Positions 9,497 through 20,525 of a stretch of 64,000 nucleotides of DNA are shown in pieces; position 1 is the stretch's first letter, and the number at the start of each line of letters is the position of its first letter. Source of the DNA: an uncultured Acidobacteriota bacterium (lineage in GTDB: Bacteria; Acidobacteriota; Blastocatellia; RBC074); NCBI GenBank assembly GCA_963796275.1, contig CAWCKY010000006.1, positions 2,464,001 to 2,528,000 of the forward strand, given 5' to 3'. The position numbers were made by a program, and so were the translations under genes. Under the pieces are notes generated by a model. It worked only from the letters and a program-made list of their open reading frames with translations, was not told the origin of the DNA and did no database searches.

Positions 9497-12400
9497 ATGC
9501 TTCGACCTCACATATCCTCAAATCAAATCAGGCGTAGCTCAAGACTCATACAGTGCAGTCTCGTACTAGCCATCAGTCTGTTGTTCGTCTTGGTTCAAGC
9601 CTATCCCACTGCCCACTACAAAGAGGGAGAGGTAGAGGCTTACGCAGAAGTGATAAACCGGGGCCAGAAAGAAGAGCAGGCTCTGCAGCTGGAACAGGGC
9701 AAACCCATCGAACGCGAGTTGACTGGTGGCCAGTCTCATACTTATCAGATTTCTCTCAAGGCTGGTCAATATGTCAAGTTTGTGGTTGACCAACGTGGCA
9801 TCGACGTGGTTGTGAAACTGTCTGGGGCTAATGGCAAGTCGATCACAGAGGTTAACTCTGAAACCAGGACGGAGGGACCAGAGACCGTATCGTGGGTTGC
9901 GGAAGAGGCAGGGAGCCATAGAGTAGATGTTCTGGCGCAATTTAAGAATGCGGCGACCGGAGACTATCAGATTCAGGTAGTGGAGCTGGGTGTCGCGACT
10001 GAGAGTGATCGCGCATTGTCTGAAGCCCTCAAGCTGAATTCAGAGTTTCTCAGACTGTTTTTTGCCGGAAAGTATGATGAAGCGCGTCCATTGGGTGAAC
10101 GTGAATTGAAGATTCGGGAAAAGACGTTAGGGGCGCATCACCGGGATGTCGCTCAAACAGCTGACAATCTCGGTCGACTCTGTTATTTCAAGGCGGAATA
10201 CGCAAGATCAGAGGAGTACTTTCAACGAGCCCTGACCATCAGGGAGAAAGTACTGGGGCTGGAACATCCCGAGGTCTCCCGTTCTCTCAACAATATTGCC
10301 CTCCTCTATATCGCTATAGGCGAATACCATAAAGCAGAATTGTCCTATCAACGCGCACTCGACATTCACCATAAAACGCTAGGCGTAGAACACCCTGATG
10401 TCGCGGCAACTATCAACAACATCGCCAAACTCTATTACTATCTAGGCGATTACGAAAAAGCAGAGCCGCTCTTTCTGCAAGCACGGTCCATCTTTGAGAA
10501 AGCCTTGGGGCCGGAACATCCCAATGTCACGGTCGTACTCAATAGTCTTGCTACCATCTACAGGAATAGAGGCAACTATGCAAAGGCAGAGCCGATTTAC
10601 GTGCACATACTGGATATCAGGGAAAAACGGCTGGGACCGGAACACCCTAGTCTCGCTACTCCTCTGATCAATTTTGCCAACTTCTACTATGAAAGGGGAG
10701 ACTACGAAAAGGCGGAGCTGATGTTGGACCGCGTGCTGGCCATCAGGGAGAAAGCGCTGGGGGCGGAACATCCCGATGTCGCTCGAGTTCTCGATAATCT
10801 CGCCGACCTCTATAGAGAGAAGGAGGAATATGCGAAGGCAGAGGTGCTTTACCAACGCGCACTGGCAATCAGGGAGAAGATTCTGGGGCCGGCACATATA
10901 GATGTCGCTCGGGCTCTCAATAATCTGGCCGAGATATACAGCGAAGGAAAGCGCGACTATGCCAAGGCGGAGCCGCTCTACGGGCGAGCGCTGGACATCG
11001 TGGAGGAATCGGGAGGGCCGGAACACCCGGCTGCTGCCGAAGTGCTCAACAATCTTGCTAACCTTTACCGCGAGAGAGGCGAGTATGCCAGGGCGGAGCC
11101 GCTCTATAGGCGCGCGCTGACCATCAGAGAGAACTTGTTAGGGCAAGAACATCCGGAGTTCACCGAGACGCTGGTTGACCTTGCCCGGCTTAACGCGGCG
11201 AAAGGTGATTATGCCCAGGCAATTGCGATTCTCTCTCGCGCCAATGCCATCGACGAACGCATCTTCACGCACCAACTCGCCATCGGCTCCGAACGCCAGA
11301 AACTCTTTTATCTGTCTCTGTTTTCCGAACGGACCGCGTTTACACTCTCTCTCCATAGCCGGGCTGCGCCGATTGACGCGCAGGCCCTCGATCTGTCATT
11401 CACCACTTTGTTGCAGCGGAAAGGACGCGGCCTGGATGTGATGACCGATACGATCGCCAATTTGCGACGCCAGGCAACACCAGAGGTCAGAGCACTCTTC
11501 GAGCGACTCACGCGAGCCCGCTCTCAGTTGGCTTCGCTCAAACTCACAGATTCAGGCGCGAGTCAGCTCAAGACCTACAGGACACGAGTCAAGAACCTTG
11601 AAGGGGAAATCGAGAAGGTGGAAGATGCGCTCAGCAAAAGCAACGACTCAAGCAGCGAAGCGTTTCGCAAACAGATGCAGCCGGTCACGCTCTCCGCAGT
11701 GCAGGCTGCTCTTCCATCAGGCAGCGCCCTGCTCGAGTTCGTCTATTTCACGCCGCGGGAACTGACGCCAGAGAAGAGCAGGCGGCCACGTTACCTCGCC
11801 TATCTACTTGCGTCGCAAGGTCAACCGAAGTGGGTAGATCTGGGCGAAGCCAAACTGATCGATCGAGCAATAGAAGCCTGGCGGGTAGCGCTGCGCGACC
11901 CGAACCGGACCGATGTCAAACGACTTGCGCGCGCCGTGGATGAGAGACTGATGCGGCCGGTACGAACACTCCTAAGTAAAATGCCGGGTGTCACACGTCA
12001 ACTGCTGATTGCGCCCGATGGCTCACTCAACCTCATTCCTTTTGCCGCCCTCGTCGATGAACGGAATCGATATCTGATCGAGCGTTATCCCATCAGCTAC
12101 CTGATCAGCGGGCGTGACCTGTTGAGACTGCAATCATCAGAGGAGAGCAAGAGCGCTCCGCTGGTGGTAGCCAATCCTGATTTCGGCAGACTTGCCTCGA
12201 TGGCCACCAGGGGAGATCCGGACACCGGAAAATCGCAGAACGGCAACCAGGCGCAGGAACAAATCGACGCAGCACGAATTTTCTTCCAACCGCTGCCGGG
12301 CACGGAGGATGAGGCGCTGGCGATCAAATCCCTGCTCCCGTATGCCACGATTTTCCGGCGGAAGGAAGCGACTGAGACGGCGCTCAAACAGGTCATTGGA

Positions 12401-13024
12401 CCGCAAATTCTCCACATCGCGACCCATGGCTTCTTCATCGATTATCAGGACCCAGCACGCACCGTTTCGCCGGGAGGTGCCGGACATGCTTTGGCGCAGG
12501 CAAAACCCAGGACTGTTCAGCTTGAGGCGAACCTGCGGATGAGCAAATTGGTGGCCCGGGTGAAAGACCCCTTACTGCGATCAGGCCTCGCGCTGGCGGG
12601 AGTCAATGAGGGGAAGAGCGGAGAAGAAGATGATGGTTTGTTAACCGCACTGGAAGCTGCCTCGCTCTACTTGTCGGGGACAAAACTGGTGGTGCTTTCG
12701 GCCTGCGATACCGGTGTGGGAGAGGTGAAGAACGGTGAAGGTGTGCAGGGATTGCGGCGCGCGCTGGTCCTGGCCGGATCGGAGAGCCAGGTCATGAGTC
12801 TCTGGCCGGTTTCGGACGAAGCGACGAAGGATTTGATGACCCAATATTACAAGGTGCTACAGCAGGGGGAAGGACGGGGTGAAGGACTGAGGCAGGTGCA
12901 GTTGCGAATGCTGCGCGGGCGCAAGGATCAACGCCATCCGTTCTACTGGGCAGCATTTATTCAGTCGGGAGAATGGGCCAACCTCAACGGCAAACGAGAT
13001 ATCTCAGATCGTGTCGGTCAATAA
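9497..13024 (+). CDS. CHAT-domain (caspase-like) protein with PPC-like domain and TPR_12 repeats
   Basis: Signal/TM segment, about ten LGxEHPxVAxxLNNLA repeats, LLIAPDGSLNLIPFAAL, HIATHG (His), LVVLSACDTG (Cys), HPFYWAAF. Confidence 0.93.
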   Translation: MLRPHISSNQIRRSSRLIQCSLVLAISLLFVLVQAYPTAHYKEGEVEAYAEVINRGQKEEQALQLEQGKPIERELTGGQSHTYQISLKAGQYVKFVVDQRGIDVVVKLSGANGKSITEVNSETRTEGPETVSWVAEEAGSHRVDVLAQFKNAATGDYQIQVVELGVATESDRALSEALKLNSEFLRLFFAGKYDEARPLGERELKIREKTLGAHHRDVAQTADNLGRLCYFKAEYARSEEYFQRALTIREKVLGLEHPEVSRSLNNIALLYIAIGEYHKAELSYQRALDIHHKTLGVEHPDVAATINNIAKLYYYLGDYEKAEPLFLQARSIFEKALGPEHPNVTVVLNSLATIYRNRGNYAKAEPIYVHILDIREKRLGPEHPSLATPLINFANFYYERGDYEKAELMLDRVLAIREKALGAEHPDVARVLDNLADLYREKEEYAKAEVLYQRALAIREKILGPAHIDVARALNNLAEIYSEGKRDYAKAEPLYGRALDIVEESGGPEHPAAAEVLNNLANLYRERGEYARAEPLYRRALTIRENLLGQEHPEFTETLVDLARLNAAKGDYAQAIAILSRANAIDERIFTHQLAIGSERQKLFYLSLFSERTAFTLSLHSRAAPIDAQALDLSFTTLLQRKGRGLDVMTDTIANLRRQATPEVRALFERLTRARSQLASLKLTDSGASQLKTYRTRVKNLEGEIEKVEDALSKSNDSSSEAFRKQMQPVTLSAVQAALPSGSALLEFVYFTPRELTPEKSRRPRYLAYLLASQGQPKWVDLGEAKLIDRAIEAWRVALRDPNRTDVKRLARAVDERLMRPVRTLLSKMPGVTRQLLIAPDGSLNLIPFAALVDERNRYLIERYPISYLISGRDLLRLQSSEESKSAPLVVANPDFGRLASMATRGDPDTGKSQNGNQAQEQIDAARIFFQPLPGTEDEALAIKSLLPYATIFRRKEATETALKQVIGPQILHIATHGFFIDYQDPARTVSPGGAGHALAQAKPRTVQLEANLRMSKLVARVKDPLLRSGLALAGVNEGKSGEEDDGLLTALEAASLYLSGTKLVVLSACDTGVGEVKNGEGVQGLRRALVLAGSESQVMSLWPVSDEATKDLMTQYYKVLQQGEGRGEGLRQVQLRMLRGRKDQRHPFYWAAFIQSGEWANLNGKRDISDRVGQ

Positions 13025-13842
13025 AGCAGAGCATAATGAGTAATAATAATGCTGAGCGGTAAAAGGTTGGAGCAAGGCGGTGATACTCGCACTGCCTCTA
13101 AATCGCACCATGCAGAGCGCAGGCTGTCTGTTATCCGTTTAACCCTTTCCCAGTCCCCGTGTTGCATCAAGCAAAATCTAAAATGAAATATTGGGGCAAA
13201 TTCTAGACGAAATTCGATATAAAATTGCTTTCGCCTGCTCGGAGGAAAGGACAACGCTGGCGAGCGACCAGAGCGTCGTAGCAGCGTAGCAGGCGGTAGA
13301 CCGATGGGCTGCAGCCAAAAAGCCTGCGGCTCTCTCTTATTAACCTTCATCACTGCAATCACCGATTGCCTCTCTTTTGGTGTGCTGACGCTCGCCGACC
13401 TCTCCTTCTATACAACTTACCTACCGAGATTTCCGGTATAACGAGAATATCTATATGCTCAAATTTGCCACTAATGCATTGACTCCATGCTCATGTGGAG
13501 GCAAAATGTGCACCATTCAACGGGAAGTAATCGCTCAATAAGCCAAAGTGAAGTATTGCAACATCAATTGCTGAGCAAGATTTAAGGAACATATCTACTC
13601 ATAAGACAGGAGAATGTGAATCTCACCTTCTGTTGTTGGATTCTGTTTAAAGAAATCACTTTTGAGCAATGCCCCGGAAGTAACCGTGGCGCGCACGCTC
13701 ATGCCCGCGCGAAATGAACGATCATAGTTAGTAAATCTCCCGAATCGGCGGACATGACGCTGGTTGTTTCTCCGAGGGGGAGTGGATTAAAGCAGCGAGC
13801 TATTAATAAATAAACCGCTACGACATCAAAAGGAGAATATGC

Positions 13843-15396
13843 ATGCTCACCCTTGCAACTCGCTTGTTCACAATTATCATCGTCGCTTCTCTGTTATTCA
13901 GCAGTACGATCTCCGTTAGCGGTCAAACAACGCAAGCACGGATCAAGATAGACATTGACCGCACCATTGGCGAAGTTGATCCGTTACTGTTCGGCAATTT
14001 CGCTGAGCACCTGGGGAGGATGATATACGGCGGCATTTACGAGGAAGGCGGTTCATTGTCCGATGAAGGTGGCTATCGCAAAGACGTCCTCGAAGCTGTC
14101 AAGCAGTTGAACGTCTCGATTCTGCGCTGGCCGGGCGGTAATTTCGCCTCGGGCTACAACTGGAAGGACGGCATCGGGCCGAAAGATCAACGCCCGGTGC
14201 GGCCAGAACTGGCCTGGAATGACCTGGAAAGCAATCGCTTCGGGACCGATGAGTTTTTGAAGTATTGCGAAATGATCGGCACGGAGCCTTATATTTGCAT
14301 CAACGCGGGCCTGGGCACGATTGATGATGCGCGCCACTGGGTTGAATACTGCAACGAATCGCGCCACACATACTGGGCCGATCAGCGACGCAAGAACGGA
14401 CGCGAACAACCCTGGAAAGTGAAATACTGGGCGCTAGGCAACGAGATCGATGGGCCGTGGCAACTCGGCCACAAAAACGCTGAAGAGTACGCCAAGTTCG
14501 CGCTCGAAGCAGCCAAGGCTATGCGGTTAGTGGACCGCAGCATCAAGCTGATTGCCAGCGGATCGAGTAATTACGGGGCGGACTGGATTCATTGGAACCG
14601 CACCGTGCTGAATACGCTAAGGAATCAGGCCGATTACATTGCCATTCACACCTACATCAATAACCGCGACAACGATCTGGAAAAGTTTTTGGCGTGGTCG
14701 CAAACGATTGATAATTACATTGATGTCACCGCCAGCCTGATCAAGCAGATGCAATCAGGCCAGCAAAATCCGCGCCCTATCTATATTGCCTACGATGAAT
14801 GGAATGTCTGGTATCGCGCGTTCAACCGCGAAAAGCTCGAAGAGGTTTACAATTTTGAGGACGCGCTGGCGATGGGGATGTTTTTCAATTCTTTCTTCCG
14901 GCGCGCCGATGTGGTCAAGATGGCGAATCTCGCACAGATGGTCAATGTTATCGCACCGATTATGACCAACAAACAGGGGATGTTTTTACAACCAATTTAT
15001 TTCCCGCTCGCTGAATTTGCCAAACAGCGCGGCAATCAGTCGTTGGATGTGTATGTCTCCGCGCCGACCTATAAAGTCGGAAATCGCCCGCCGCTGCGCT
15101 ATCTCGACGTTTCGACGACCTACAACGCCACCGAAAAAACGATCTATCTCAACGTGCTGAATCGCAGCAAGGACAAAGACCTCGCAACACGAATTGATAA
15201 TCAAGAGGGTGCGTTGCAGGGCGAGGTCGGCGTATGGGAAATGAACCACCCTGATCTGAAAGCGACGCACACATTCGGCGATGACAAGAAAATCAGGCCC
15301 GCGATGCGCACGTTCTCCGCGTCGGTCGTCAACAATGGCTTCAGTTATACCTTCCCGGCGCATTCGCTGACGATTATGCGGCTGCGGCTGAAATAA
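13843..15396 (+). CDS. abfA: Alpha-L-arabinofuranosidase, GH51, secreted
   Basis: [31 protein letters not shown] (acid/base), YDEWNVWY (nucleophile), [17 protein letters not shown]. Confidence 0.93.
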   Translation: MLTLATRLFTIIIVASLLFSSTISVSGQTTQARIKIDIDRTIGEVDPLLFGNFAEHLGRMIYGGIYEEGGSLSDEGGYRKDVLEAVKQLNVSILRWPGGNFASGYNWKDGIGPKDQRPVRPELAWNDLESNRFGTDEFLKYCEMIGTEPYICINAGLGTIDDARHWVEYCNESRHTYWADQRRKNGREQPWKVKYWALGNEIDGPWQLGHKNAEEYAKFALEAAKAMRLVDRSIKLIASGSSNYGADWIHWNRTVLNTLRNQADYIAIHTYINNRDNDLEKFLAWSQTIDNYIDVTASLIKQMQSGQQNPRPIYIAYDEWNVWYRAFNREKLEEVYNFEDALAMGMFFNSFFRRADVVKMANLAQMVNVIAPIMTNKQGMFLQPIYFPLAEFAKQRGNQSLDVYVSAPTYKVGNRPPLRYLDVSTTYNATEKTIYLNVLNRSKDKDLATRIDNQEGALQGEVGVWEMNHPDLKATHTFGDDKKIRPAMRTFSASVVNNGFSYTFPAHSLTIMRLRLK

Positions 15397-15647
15397 TAAA
15401 GCGACGACGCGCATGTAGGTCTGCCCCGGCTTTGCCGATCGCCAGAGCCGAAACTCGTGTCCGCATTGCCGGCGCACCGCACCAGCGGCGACAGACAACC
15501 AGTACGATCGGCGTCAACAATAGCTTGCGCCTGCCGCCAATCGGCTCGTAGGTGGCGGACACGATCACTCCGATCAAGTGAATCAGTCAACAACACGACT
15601 TGTAATGCGATACGCCGTTATTCCGCATTTCAAAATCCGAATTGGCA

Positions 15648-18479
15648 TCACTCCTGGCGGAGCGCCTCAAGCGGGTCTACTTGCGCCGCCTTGCGCGCGG
15701 GCAGCCAGCAAGCAACCAGCGCCACCAGCAGTCAGCAGCGACGCGATGACGGCGAAGGTCAACGGATCAGTTCCCTTCACGCCGTAAAGCTGCTCGGCCA
15801 TCTGTCGCTGCCAGGCATCTGCTCGCGAAATATTGGCTCGCCAGCAGTCGCTTCAAGGCATACCCGCTCAATGCGCCGACAGCCAGTCCCAGCAGCACCA
15901 ACTTCATTCCCTGCCAGATCACCAGCCGCAGGACGTCAGCCCGTTGCGCGCCAAGCGCCATGCGAATGCCGATCTCGTTCGTGCGTTGGGCGACCGAATA
16001 GGCCAACACGCCGGACAGTCCGATGGCCGCGAGCAAGAGCGCCAAGCCGCCAAAGAAACTCAAGAGCCGCGCGTACAGGCGTTCCTGCCCCAGCGTGGCC
16101 TGCGCGCGTGCCGTTTGCGTGCTGATTTCCGTGACCGGCAGATTGCTGTCCAGTTCGCGCACGACTTGACGCACCGTGGCGGCGAGCGCGGTCGGTTCGC
16201 CCGCCGTGCGCAAGGCGAAATACATCTCGCCGATCACTGTCGCCTTCCTGCTGCCACGGCGTGTAGAGCAGCGGCTTGATCTCTTCGCGCTGGCTCATGT
16301 ATTTGGTATCGGCGACGACGCCGACGATCTCGACTTCGCGCTTTGCTATCGATTAATGTGACGCGCTTGCCGAGCACGTCATCGTTGGGGAAGAACTTGC
16401 GCGCGAAGGTTTGATTGACGATGGCGACTTTGGGCGCGCGCTGGTCATCTTGCGCCGTGAAGCCGCGCCCACGCAGCAGCGGGATTTCCATCGTCGCAAA
16501 ATAGTTCTCGCGCACCATCTGCCGCATTGGTGTCGTGCTTCGCGGCGGTCTTTTCCGTCTCGCCGGGCAGCAAGATGTCGTTGAACCAATTGTCATTCGC
16601 GATGAGCGGGACTCTCCCGAACGTCGCCGCGCGCACGCCGGGCAGGTTATCCAGCCGCGCAAAGAGTTGCTGATAGAACTGCAACAGCCGTTCGTCTTTG
16701 TACCCGCCCTGCTGCGGCTGCAACCGGAAGAGCAAGAGGTTCTCCTGATTGAAGCCCAGGTTGACGCGTTGCAGATTGTAGAGCGTGCGGATGAACAAAC
16801 CCGCGCCGACCAATAACAACAACGAGAGCGCGACCTGCGCGACGATCAGCCCTTTGCTCAACCGCGACACCGCGCCCGTCGTGCGGCGGCTCTGTTTGAG
16901 CGCCGTCGCCAAATCCAGGCTCGTCGCGCGCCACGCGGGCGCCAATCCGAACAGCACGCCGGTCAGTAGCGAGACGGCCAGCGTGAACGCCAGCACACGC
17001 CAATTCAGACTGAGGTCAACGCCGCTGGGCAAGATTCCCGTGTCTTTGTCGGTCAGCGCCAGGAGCGCGCTCTTGCCCCAGAAGGCGAAGAGCACGCCGA
17101 CCGCGCCGCCCAACGCCGCGAGCAGCACACTTTCGGTCAGCAGTTGCCGGATCAAACGCCAGCGCCCCGCGCCGACCGCCAGCCGCACGCTGATCTCTGC
17201 GCCGCGCAAGGCCGCCCGCGCCAGCAGCAGGTTCGCCACGTTGGCACACGCAATCAGCAGCACCAGCGCCACCACGATGAACAGTCCATAGATGGTGGGT
17301 GAATAACGTCTGCGGCTGTCCAGCATCCCACGACTGCCGGATTCCGCGATCAGGCGCGGATAATCTTTCGGTTCGAGTTGCGCCGGTTGATTCGCTTTGC
17401 GCGGCGGCGGCATGACTTCCAACGCGGCGGCTTGAAAAGCGCCGTTCAAGCTGTCGCGCGCCTGTTCGTAGGTCGCGCCCGGTTTGAGCCGCCCCATCAA
17501 ATTCAGCCACCAGACGCCCGGCTCGTTCGCCGTGCCCAAGTCTGCTGTGCTCACCCTGCAGCAACGGCTCGCAGGCAAGCGGGACGGTGACGGCGGGGTG
17601 ATAATCCACTTGCAATGTGCCGGTGAAGGCGGGCGGCGTGACGCCGATGATGGTGAAGGATTGCTTGTTGAGTTTGAGCGGCTGGCCGATGACGGCCGGG
17701 TTGGCGCCGAACCGCTCCTGCCAAAACTGATGGCTGAGCACGACCACCGGCGCTGCGCCTGGCTTGTCATCTTCGTCAGTGATCGCGCGTCCCAAGCTCG
17801 GTTGCACTCTCAGCCCGGCGTAATAGCCGCCGGACACGGCTTGCCCGTTGACGATCTCCGCCTGGTCGCCCACCACCGCAGTCAATTCACGGATCGGAGC
17901 GAAGGCAAAGAAATCGCTGAGCGGGCTGTCCGGCGCTTGCGGCGTGCGCCTGGCGCATCTTTTCAAAGACCTCGTAGCGAAACAGCGAAAGCCCCCGTGT
18001 GCCCGGCGGCGCAGGCACGTACGAAGTGCCGCTCATCCCACTTATCTCTGAACGGGCGTCCGGCTTGCCATTCAAACAGCACCAACCGCTCCGGCTCAGC
18101 GACCGGCAAGGTCTTGAGCAGCACGGCATCCACCACGCTGAACAACGCCGTGTTCGCGCCGATGCCCAGCGCCAGTGAAAGCACGGCGACCAGCGTGAAG
18201 CCTTTGTTCTTGAGCAACATCCGCACGCCATAACGCAGGTCTTGCCACAGTTCTCCCACCAAACGGATCCCCCACACATCCCGGCTTTCTTCTTTAACCC
18301 GCTCGATACCGCCAAAACTGCGTATTGCGGCGTAACGCGCCTCTTCCGGAGTCATCCCACGAATAATGTTCTCCTCAATCTCTCTCTCCAGATGAAACTG
18401 CAATTCCGTTTGCAGTTCATCTTCCAATTTTAGGCTTAAAGAAAAGTGCCCGTAATCGCAGTCTTAGCTTGTTGAGCAT
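15648..18479 (-). CDS. ADOP/MacB-like ABC permease, split by several frameshifts (pseudogene or read errors)
   Basis: Consecutive ORF pieces carry [39 protein letters not shown] and [11 protein letters not shown], ending DPLEALRQE*. Confidence 0.85.
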
Positions 18480-18495
18480 GACCATAACCTTTCAT

Positions 18496-18842
18496 TCAGG
18501 ATGTTTTCAAAATCATTTCCAATGCCCCGGTGGATCGTCGCCACGTCTCAGTTTTCGACAACAATTGTTTCCGCCCGGCGGCGGTCAGTTTGTAATACTT
18601 CGCTCTCCGGTTGTTCTCCGACGCTCCCCCATTCGGAAGCCATCCAGCCCTGCCTCCAGCCGGTGTAACGCCGAATACAATGATCCCTGGCCTACCCGCA
18701 GTGCATCCTGCGAAATCTGCTTTATGCGCTGCGCAATGTCCCATCCGTGAGTCGACCCGGACTGAAGCGTCTTGAGCACCAGCAGATCGAGTGTTCCCTG
18801 TAACAAATCGGTTTGTGCCGTTTTCTTATCCCCCCTCGACAT
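18496..18842 (-). CDS. PadR family regulator, acidobacterial type (one frameshift)
   Basis: [37 protein letters not shown] continues in another frame as [20 protein letters not shown]. Confidence 0.85.
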
Positions 18843-18883
18843 CCGTCAAGGCAGAGGGTAGTCGACGCGTTGTCGGATGTCAA
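18836..18883 (-). promoter_or_regulatory. sigma70 promoter and paired operator of PadR-1
   Basis: TTGACA-17-TACCCT (18883-18855). Inverted pair TTGACATCCGACAA / TCGACATCCGTCAA. Confidence 0.65.
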
Positions 18884-18999
18884 CAGGACGTAGGAAAGGA
18901 GATACAAAAGCCGACGGGCAGTTTCTGCCACGACGGCTTGTTGTTGACTTCTACTTTTGAAGTAACCCGACCATATCAATTCGCAACGGTCGTATGTAA

Positions 19000-19692
19000 C
19001 TAAAAAATTCCAGCCTCGTTTATGGGCGCCAGATCGGTGAAGATGAAACCATCGCGCTCAACACAATCTCCAATAGTGAATTCGACCGGGCGATTAAACA
19101 TCGGGCCGTCAAAGGCGAAACTGTGAAATTCCCCATTCTCGCCGCACGGATCAACTCCATCGGGCAACGCTTCCAGAAAATCGGCATTGTATTCTCTCCC
19201 GGCCAGAGTCGCTGGCAGAAGGCCCGGATCAATGCAGGTAATCTGAGCGCGGAGTCCTTCGTTAATCATCTCCCGCGCCAGCTGGTCGGTTGGCCGACCC
19301 CATAAGGGGAAAAGTGGCTCGATTCCCGTTCCCTCCATCATTCGCTCGCGATACTGGCGCACATCACTCAGAAACAGATCGCCAAATGCGATGCCTTCAA
19401 TGCCATCCGCCTGCGCCGCGCCGAACGCCGCGCGCATGCGTTCTTCGTAGACTTCGTTGCTGCAAGGGAAGGGAAGACTGATCAACCGCAATGGCAGCAT
19501 GACATCCTCGGCCTGACGTCGCAGCAGCTCCGTCCTGACAGCGTGCATCGCCACCCGATCAAATTGCTCATTGATGGTTGTGAGAAGCCCAGCCACTTCC
19601 ACGTCCGATCGCTGACGCAGCGCGTGCAATGCCCATGCGCTGTCCTTGCCACTGCTCCATGAAAGCAGAACTCTTTTTCTCTCAACTTTCAT
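19000..19692 (-). CDS. PP-loop ATP pyrophosphatase, Dph6/MJ0570-like (diphthine-ammonia ligase family)
   Basis: SWSSGKDS, RVAMHAVR, FGDLFLSDVRQYRE, FPLWG, DPCGENGEFHSF..GPMF. Confidence 0.9.
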   Translation of the reverse strand: MKVERKRVLLSWSSGKDSAWALHALRQRSDVEVAGLLTTINEQFDRVAMHAVRTELLRRQAEDVMLPLRLISLPFPCSNEVYEERMRAAFGAAQADGIEGIAFGDLFLSDVRQYRERMMEGTGIEPLFPLWGRPTDQLAREMINEGLRAQITCIDPGLLPATLAGREYNADFLEALPDGVDPCGENGEFHSFAFDGPMFNRPVEFTIGDCVERDGFIFTDLAPINEAGIF

Positions 19693-19790
19693 TAATACGC
19701 CTTATCAAAAGTTATACCATCTCCGGGTTAGCTATCAATCCACCGAATTAGCGGTCGACCAACTAACCCTCATCAGATTGCTTATATTTT

Positions 19791-20197
19791 TGACATTCAG
19801 TTTGGTCGTTTAACGCCCATGCCGAATTGCTGCGTAGCGGCAGGGATGAGTCTAATCGGGCGTTTCAACGCCGGCACCGGCATTCTTCGCAGCGTTAGCG
19901 GCGATTGAGTGTAGCCGTGGGTTTCAACCACGGTAGACATGTGAGATTGTCCCCGCGTCGCGTCAGCGACGCTTGACTCAACCGTCGCTGACGCGACGGG
20001 GAGCCTTTCCTGGCTTTCCGTGCGTTAAAACGCACGGCTACATTCACGCCGTCGCTACGCGACGAAGAAGGTGTATATTTCGTACGAAAGTTTGGGCAAT
20101 GACAAGGCGTTGAAACGCCGGGCTATATCCATAGCATCGCGTCGCGGCGGAAGCGAAGGAGGCAATCTTTGTAAAACCGATTGCCTGAAGCCCAATA
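19791..20197 (+). repeat. REP-rich dispersed repeat, copy 1 (short form)
   Basis: Near-identical to 38894-39433 and 58004-58526. Contains CGTCGCGTCAGCGACG-cttgactcaac-CGTCGCTGACGCGACG and GCCGTGGGTTTCAACCACGG. Confidence 0.9.
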
Positions 20198-20525
20198 AGC
20201 GAAAAGAAAGAGGCCACAACTCTCGACGCCGTGAGACCACCGGCACGATGGTTGACAACATGGTCGAGATACTGGAAGACTCTGCCCGGACAATTATGAT
20301 TTGCGTTCGATTCAACTGTTGGGGACTCGTCTTTTGTCAAAAAGCTCAACGACCAGTACCGGTGACGCTGGTGGGCGCTCGCCGTCGTTATCGTCGAGTC
20401 AGCTTCGGGATGACCGAGAAACACACCACCGAGACATTAGCCACCCGGATGCAGGAAGACGATTTTGACTTCAAATCAAAAAGAAAGAAGAACCGACTGC
20501 TTGATGATGCAACTGATTCTGGCGT

